Positions 58,893-64,000 of a stretch of 64,000 nt of DNA are shown one piece after another. A program made the translations under genes and the position numbers. Source of the DNA: Candidatus Saccharimonadota bacterium (GTDB lineage: Bacteria; Patescibacteriota; Saccharimonadia; Saccharimonadales; Saccharimonadaceae). The stretch covers positions 10,401 through 74,400 of the forward strand of contig WRMD01000002.1 in assembly GCA_009777315.1 (NCBI GenBank). The letters are read 5' to 3'. The notes under the pieces were generated by a model. The model had not been told where the DNA came from, searched no databases, and saw only the letters and a list, made by a program, of their open reading frames with translations. Each line of letters begins with the position of its first letter. Position 1 is the stretch's first letter.

Positions 58893-61800
58893 TTAGAAGC
58901 GGGGGGCGACTTCGCGAGAAAAGGTCATGAAGGCCTGGGAGTAGTTTTGACTTTGAGCGGCGGCCCAGAGGTAGGTGTCGGAGCGGAGGTTGAAGATTTC
59001 GCTGGGCGGGTAGTTGGTGGCGGAATTGTCGAAGTGGGAGCGGTAGAGGCGGACTTGGTTGGCGATATGGGGGCCGTTGAGACGGAGCTGGCCGGTACAG
59101 ACATCACCGCTGAGCATGCTGATGTTCATCGGGGTGCCGTTGTGTTCGGAGCAGGTATTGATGGTGCCGGAGTTAGATGGAGGAACCATACCGGGGCCGC
59201 GATTGAGGCCGGCCAGCAGCCAGGAATCGACGCGGGAGACGGTGTCAATGATGTTTATGTTGTGGGCGAAAGTGAGAAGCTGGGGGATTTGGTGGATGCT
59301 GGTGTGAGGGCCGTTGTGGTAGACAACGTCTGAGCGGAAGGTAACGATGCCGGTGCTGTCGAGGATGATAGTGCGGCCTTGCGGGATGACCCAGCCTGAG
59401 TTAGTGGTGATGTTCATGTTGCCGCCGCGGATATATATAGTGCTGGCGGCGGTCGCGCCGACGACGCTGGATAGGTTGATGTCGCCGCTCATACTAAAGC
59501 CTTGCCAGCCCTCTGGGAGATCGGCCATGTCGCGGTTGGAGTAGCGGATGGAGATGTTTTCGGCGAGACTGGAGCCGACGTTGGCGCTGCCGAGAGCTGC
59601 CATGGTGCCGACGGTACAGTTGGTGTTGGCGAGAGTTTGCATGGAGAAGCGACAGGCATTGGTGATGACGCCAAAGCCGGAACCGGCGGGGGTGACGATG
59701 CTGGGGTTGCCGCCGGCAAAGGCGGCACCGCTGCCGAGGGCGGAAATGGTGCCCTGGCCGCCTTGACCGAGCGCGGCGTATTCGACCCATGAGCCCCAAG
59801 CGCTGACGGGATTATTGCGGACTTGGATGCCGGCGCGAACCGGGCCGGCGCTGAAGAAGTTGGCAGCCCAGACTTGGGTGGATGGCTTCTCGCCGATAGC
59901 TACACAAGTTGGGGTGCTGTGCCAGGCCATGTCGACATTGGTATCGTTCCAGCCTTGGTCGCCGTAGAGACTGCCACTTCCGGCAGAGCGGTTACCAACG
60001 TTGAAGCGGCGGATGGACATAGCGACACAGAACTTGGTGCCGATGGGGTGGTCGGACAATGGCGGAGTGACGCCGGGGAAGAACGAAACGACCGGGACAT
60101 TGTTTTGGGATACGGCGGTGTTACTGTTACTGACGTTGAATGGGCCGGTGCCTTCGGAGCCGGGAGCGGCTAGAGAACAGCCGAAGATGTTGCCGGGAGT
60201 ATAGCTGCCCCAAACGGCTTGACAATGGTCGTTGGCTGACGAGCCCCACCGGTTGTTTTGCTCTGGTGCGTTGTTGAAGGGGAAGGAAGGGACGTTGTAA
60301 TTGACATACCAAGAGACGATGCGCCAAGCGGAGTCGGGGCGGGTTTGGGTGGCGTAGGCGGAGCCGCCGACATCGCCGTTGACTTCGGGGCGGATGGTAA
60401 CACTGGCGTTAAACTCGATCGGGGTACCGGCGAGGACGATGGGGGCCGGAGCATCAAGGTAAAGATTGCCGGAGAGGCTGTAGTTGTAGGGGATGCCGAA
60501 GGAAGCGGTGGACTGGATGGGGCCGGGATTGGATCGCTTGACCCAGGAGTAGCGGTTTTCGAAGTAGGAGGCGGAAAGGGTGCCGGAGGAAGTACAGGTA
60601 CCGGTGTTGGATGTGTTGCCAGAAGAGCAGATGGTGGCGTTGGATGGGGTCTGGGTGCCGTAGTAGTTACAACCGCGGGTTTCGGTGGATTGGCAGCAGC
60701 TGGAGCACCAACCGCTGGGGTTTGAGAGGGTGGGAGTGGCGCAGTAACCGGAGGTCCAAATGGGGCAGGAGGCGGTGGCGGCAGAGTTGGGTGAGGTGGC
60801 AGTAGCCGGGGTGTTGTTGCGGGGGCGGAAGGTGTAATTATATTGGTGTTGGTTTTGGCGGCAGACGATGTTGCTGCCACCTGGGACACCGGGACCGCCG
60901 ACAAAATCGTTGGTGCCGGCGCCATCGCTACAGTTTTGGAAGCGCTTGCTGACGGCGTCTTGGACGGAAATAGTGTGTTGGATGTCGCGACGACCGAGAA
61001 GAGCGTTGGAGACGGTGTGGCCGGAGCCGCGCGGGTTCTGGGTGCCGGAATTGATGACGTTTTGGCCTGGTGAGGTAGGCTCCATGCCGGATTGGCCGTT
61101 TTGATTAGTGATGGTCCAAGCGTTGCGAAGGTCGGGGCTGGGGCCGGGATGGATGGTGTTAAGTTGGAGCTGAGTGCCGGGTGGGTTGGAGGCGACGCAA
61201 TTGTTGGCTAGGTTGGATTCGCCGGTAGCGCCACAGCGGGTGTGGGTGATATTAAATGAAGGGAAGTTGGAGCGGTTGGACGGGGTGGTGCGGGTGTGAA
61301 GGGCGACGAGCTGGCCAGTCCAGCCGAAAGCGATGGTGTTGCCGGGGCGGGCGTAGGCGCGCTCGGCGCTGGTATTGGTGCTGGCGCAACCGAGCTGGCC
61401 AGTGAGCCAAGAGCCGGTGGTCTGACCGGCGAGACCGGCGTGACAAGCGACATCGGCCTGGCGAGCGACCGAACCGTTAATAATAGCCTGGGCACGGATG
61501 TGACTGGAGAAGACTTCTGCGGACGGAGTAGCAGTGGGTGGGTCGCCGGGGTCGCCACCGGGGATTTCGGGCGGGTCGGCGCCACGGGTGATGGTGACTT
61601 CGGCAAAGGAGGTGGGGTTGAGAGTTTGAGTCTGCCGGATGGTGCAGGAGGTAGTGCCGCCGGGGCTGGGAGCGGCGATGTTGACGGTGACGGGAGTGGT
61701 GGTGCTGGTGCGTTCTTCGGCGCCACCAACCAAAGTGACCGTATCACTGGCTGGCGTTGCTGGAATAATACTACAGCTGCCAGAAGAGGTAGCGGAAACT

Positions 61801-63659
61801 GTCCACTCGATGTCTGCCGGTTCAGTACCGTCGTCAATGCGCTGAGCATCATGATGAAAGCCGACGCTACAGGCGACGTTACCCTCGACGTTATTTGGAA
61901 TGGTGATGGAGCTTTGGGCGGAACTGTTCCACCCTGAAACGTTGGGGCTAGAAGGCTGGGTGTTGGTGCCGGGGCAGGAGGCGGTGACGGCGGAGCGAGT
62001 CTGAAAGACCGGGTCGATAACTTCAGGGTAAATAAATATCATACTGACGTTTTGCTGCTGGTTGAGAGCTGGAGTCCAAGGCAAAGGGCCGGGAGTACGC
62101 ACGGCCGCGTTGGCAATACTGTGGACGATGGCGGCTTGAGTAGCCGTAGGCTCGGCGGCGTGTAGTAGCGCCGGAGGAAAGTTACTATAAGGCCCCTCTG
62201 GGTGCGAGATCATGGTGTCAGGAAAGAAATCACCTGTGCCTGGCTTTGGACCCTGGCAGTTGTGCATAATACTAATATAAGTGTCTGAACCAATACTGTA
62301 AGTGCCGGACGCGTTAGCACAGTTGCCGAATGAAAGCTGAGGGGCGTATGACCAGCCTTTAAGGTCGAGACCAGACGCCGTGCGGGCGGCGAAGTTGAGC
62401 CGGAGAGGGTGAGCGTCACAAATGGCCTGCGTATAGCCACCGCCGGGAGGAGAACGACGGAGGTTGTGCTCTTGACGAGAGGCGTGAACGTCCGCAGATA
62501 GCAGCCCGACGCGGCTGGCGGTGTCGGTGACGAGGGCGTAGGCGGTATGACCGATGCTATGGAGAAGGACGGAAATTCGGGTGTAAGCATAGCGATTCAT
62601 CATGGTGTCTAGGAACTGCTCCCAGCTGAGATAATCGCCACCGGAGAGGCTCTCCAGGCGAATAATGTTAATCATGCCGGCGGTGGAGGTAAAGATGTCA
62701 GTAAACTCGCCGACCTCGGTGAGCTCGGAAGCTTTATCCCAGATGCGGATTGTTGGGCCAGGGTTTGCGGCAAGGCTGTCGATTGGGATATCTCTGAGAC
62801 AACCGTCTTCGCTCTCTAGGCAGGCAACACTACCGGCTACAATGGCCGGTTCTTGTTCAAGCAGCATCCATGCCTCGCTGTTATCTACGCCGTCATTGAT
62901 AAAGTCGATGTCAGCGTGACGAGCGATTTCGCTGGCAGATAAACCTTGCTCAAGCATAGGCACAAACTCGTCGCGCAACCGCTGGCGGACAGCATCGAAG
63001 GCGGCTAGAGTGCCCTCTTCGTCTTGGTTCATGAAGTAGGGGGTGACAACTTGGGCACCGATATAGATGATGTCGCGCTGGCTGATGATGCAGGTGTCCA
63101 TTTTGTCCTGGAGAACGATGTTTTCCATGCGGACGCGGAGGAAGTAGCCGGGGCCGCCGAGCATGCTGTCGATTTGTTCGTCGGCTTCGGACTCGCTAAG
63201 ATTACGACCGAAAGCACGCATGATGTCTTGCGGGGTCATTTCGACGTGGCAGGTGTCGCTATTGTAAAGTTTGAGGGAGGCGTTTAAAACGAGGTCTTCG
63301 AGAGCTTGGCGCTCGACATCCTGCTCGAGGACAATGTTGGGGTTTAACGTGAGGTGGTGGCGGAAATCTTCGGCATTACGCTCGATTTGCTCCTGAGTGA
63401 TGGTGATGTCGCCGATGACGATGTCAGCAAGGCGAACTTGGCGGTCAGGCAGGAGGAAGGCGAGAGCGAGAACCACGAGAAGGATGACGCCAAGGCCGCC
63501 GCCAACCCAAGGGGCGAACTTTTTGAATAATGATAGTGCTTTTTGCTTTTTCTGATCGCCAAAGACGTCGCTGTTTGTGTTATTTGGCGCGGACGCCATC
63601 GGGGTAGGACCACTCGGCGCTGCCGATGGAGTTGCCCCTGTACCATTTACCTCATCCAT
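58893..63659 (-). CDS. giant (1588 aa) membrane-anchored extracellular protein
   Basis: N-terminal TM helix GGGLGVILLVVLALAFLL, a SurA_N-like segment, and long Ser/Thr/Asn/Gly/Cys-rich regions. The C-terminal repeats suggest a beta-helix. TGcTATAAT ends 7 nt before the ATG. Confidence 0.75.
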   Translation of the reverse strand: MDEVNGTGATPSAAPSGPTPMASAPNNTNSDVFGDQKKQKALSLFKKFAPWVGGGLGVILLVVLALAFLLPDRQVRLADIVIGDITITQEQIERNAEDFRHHLTLNPNIVLEQDVERQALEDLVLNASLKLYNSDTCHVEMTPQDIMRAFGRNLSESEADEQIDSMLGGPGYFLRVRMENIVLQDKMDTCIISQRDIIYIGAQVVTPYFMNQDEEGTLAAFDAVRQRLRDEFVPMLEQGLSASEIARHADIDFINDGVDNSEAWMLLEQEPAIVAGSVACLESEDGCLRDIPIDSLAANPGPTIRIWDKASELTEVGEFTDIFTSTAGMINIIRLESLSGGDYLSWEQFLDTMMNRYAYTRISVLLHSIGHTAYALVTDTASRVGLLSADVHASRQEHNLRRSPPGGGYTQAICDAHPLRLNFAARTASGLDLKGWSYAPQLSFGNCANASGTYSIGSDTYISIMHNCQGPKPGTGDFFPDTMISHPEGPYSNFPPALLHAAEPTATQAAIVHSIANAAVRTPGPLPWTPALNQQQNVSMIFIYPEVIDPVFQTRSAVTASCPGTNTQPSSPNVSGWNSSAQSSITIPNNVEGNVACSVGFHHDAQRIDDGTEPADIEWTVSATSSGSCSIIPATPASDTVTLVGGAEERTSTTTPVTVNIAAPSPGGTTSCTIRQTQTLNPTSFAEVTITRGADPPEIPGGDPGDPPTATPSAEVFSSHIRAQAIINGSVARQADVACHAGLAGQTTGSWLTGQLGCASTNTSAERAYARPGNTIAFGWTGQLVALHTRTTPSNRSNFPSFNITHTRCGATGESNLANNCVASNPPGTQLQLNTIHPGPSPDLRNAWTITNQNGQSGMEPTSPGQNVINSGTQNPRGSGHTVSNALLGRRDIQHTISVQDAVSKRFQNCSDGAGTNDFVGGPGVPGGSNIVCRQNQHQYNYTFRPRNNTPATATSPNSAATASCPIWTSGYCATPTLSNPSGWCSSCCQSTETRGCNYYGTQTPSNATICSSGNTSNTGTCTSSGTLSASYFENRYSWVKRSNPGPIQSTASFGIPYNYSLSGNLYLDAPAPIVLAGTPIEFNASVTIRPEVNGDVGGSAYATQTRPDSAWRIVSWYVNYNVPSFPFNNAPEQNNRWGSSANDHCQAVWGSYTPGNIFGCSLAAPGSEGTGPFNVSNSNTAVSQNNVPVVSFFPGVTPPLSDHPIGTKFCVAMSIRRFNVGNRSAGSGSLYGDQGWNDTNVDMAWHSTPTCVAIGEKPSTQVWAANFFSAGPVRAGIQVRNNPVSAWGSWVEYAALGQGGQGTISALGSGAAFAGGNPSIVTPAGSGFGVITNACRFSMQTLANTNCTVGTMAALGSANVGSSLAENISIRYSNRDMADLPEGWQGFSMSGDINLSSVVGATAASTIYIRGGNMNITTNSGWVIPQGRTIILDSTGIVTFRSDVVYHNGPHTSIHQIPQLLTFAHNINIIDTVSRVDSWLLAGLNRGPGMVPPSNSGTINTCSEHNGTPMNISMLSGDVCTGQLRLNGPHIANQVRLYRSHFDNSATNYPPSEIFNLRSDTYLWAAAQSQNYSQAFMTFSREVAPRF

Positions 63660-63666
63660 ATAGATT

Positions 63667-63675
63667 ATTATAGCA
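63667..63675 (-). promoter_or_regulatory. extended -10 promoter (TGcTATAAT), leaderless giant gene
   Basis: The reverse complement reads tgctataat-aatctat-ATG. Confidence 0.45.
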
Positions 63676-63701
63676 TAGACGCTTTAAGGGTAAAAAGTAT
63701 T

Positions 63702-63725
63702 AGGGCTCCCGAAAATGGGAGCCCT
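63702..63725 (-). terminator. hairpin terminator after the upstream minus-strand gene
   Basis: Stem agggctccc-gaaaat-gggagccct. The minus strand continues AATACTTTTT. Confidence 0.55.
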
Positions 63726-63735
63726 TTCATAGTGT

Positions 63736-64000
63736 TTAGGTGACACCAACAATGGTAACAGCCTGAGCATTGCCATCCCAGCTAGCAGCAGCGCCGAGTG
63801 CTTGAGCGACATAAGCTAAGGGAACGAAGGTACGGTCACCAACAAGGGCTGGAGTGCCCATATCGCCCGGTAAAGGAACGCCGACGACGAGGGAGAGGCT
63901 GACATTACCTTTAGCGATGGTGACAGTCTGGGTAGCTCCGTCCCAACTGACCTCGGCTCCGAGAGCCTCGGCAATGAGGCGAAGGGGAACCATGGTGCGG
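63736..64000 (-). CDS. 3' end of a protein with copper-amine-oxidase N-terminal-like (stalk) repeats, partial
   Basis: Repeated motif AEALGAEVSWDGATQTVTI / AQALGAAASWDGNAQAVTI. The gene continues beyond the window end. Confidence 0.5.
   Translation of the reverse strand, partial: RTMVPLRLIAEALGAEVSWDGATQTVTIAKGNVSLSLVVGVPLPGDMGTPALVGDRTFVPLAYVAQALGAAASWDGNAQAVTIVGVT

Overview
The window looks like a gene-dense piece of a small, moderately GC-rich bacterial chromosome. The gene content suggests a reduced, possibly Patescibacteria/CPR-like genome, but that is inference only. Supporting genes include lactate dehydrogenase, a type IV pilin, peptidoglycan remodelling enzymes, ABC exporters, a 1588-aa surface protein and many small membrane proteins. 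I call about 65 protein genes, including dnaG, rpoD, tsaD, ung, rnhA, frr, rplY, ruvX, mltG, ftsA, mscL, obg, ndk, ldh, pgi and an rseP-like gene. I also call 6 tRNAs. I see no rRNA, CRISPR array, transposase or reverse transcriptase. The main signal is in the intergenic DNA between 5.6 and 49.8 kb. It holds 21 copies (20 full length), plus 2 remnants, of a ~210-bp 'arm'. Arms are mostly arranged as divergent pairs, giving elements of 0.34-0.6 kb. Each arm starts with an almost invariant 16-nt inner boundary (CTCCTTCGCCACTGTC). Each ends with an almost invariant 35-nt outer boundary (CCCTCCGCTGTGTCTACCCGTAGGGGGTGGGGAGG). The ~180 bp in between is hypervariable in sequence and length, yet every full-length arm keeps one open frame reading FATV...(W/Y)W.SS...G.SLRCVYP-stop. 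This peptide resembles the C-terminal half of a FISUMP/DUF1566-type lectin-fold domain. The arms have no start codon, RBS or N-terminal half. I read them as a dispersed library of silent hypervariable C-terminal cassettes for an expression locus that is not in this window; the mechanism is unknown. Other repeat modules (perfect palindromes, nested-hairpin terminator modules) form a mosaic with the arms. Other observations are a pervasive leaderless-promoter pattern, a low-GC islet beside tRNA-Ser, two disrupted genes, two candidate structured RNA loci and several enzymes with degenerate catalytic motifs.
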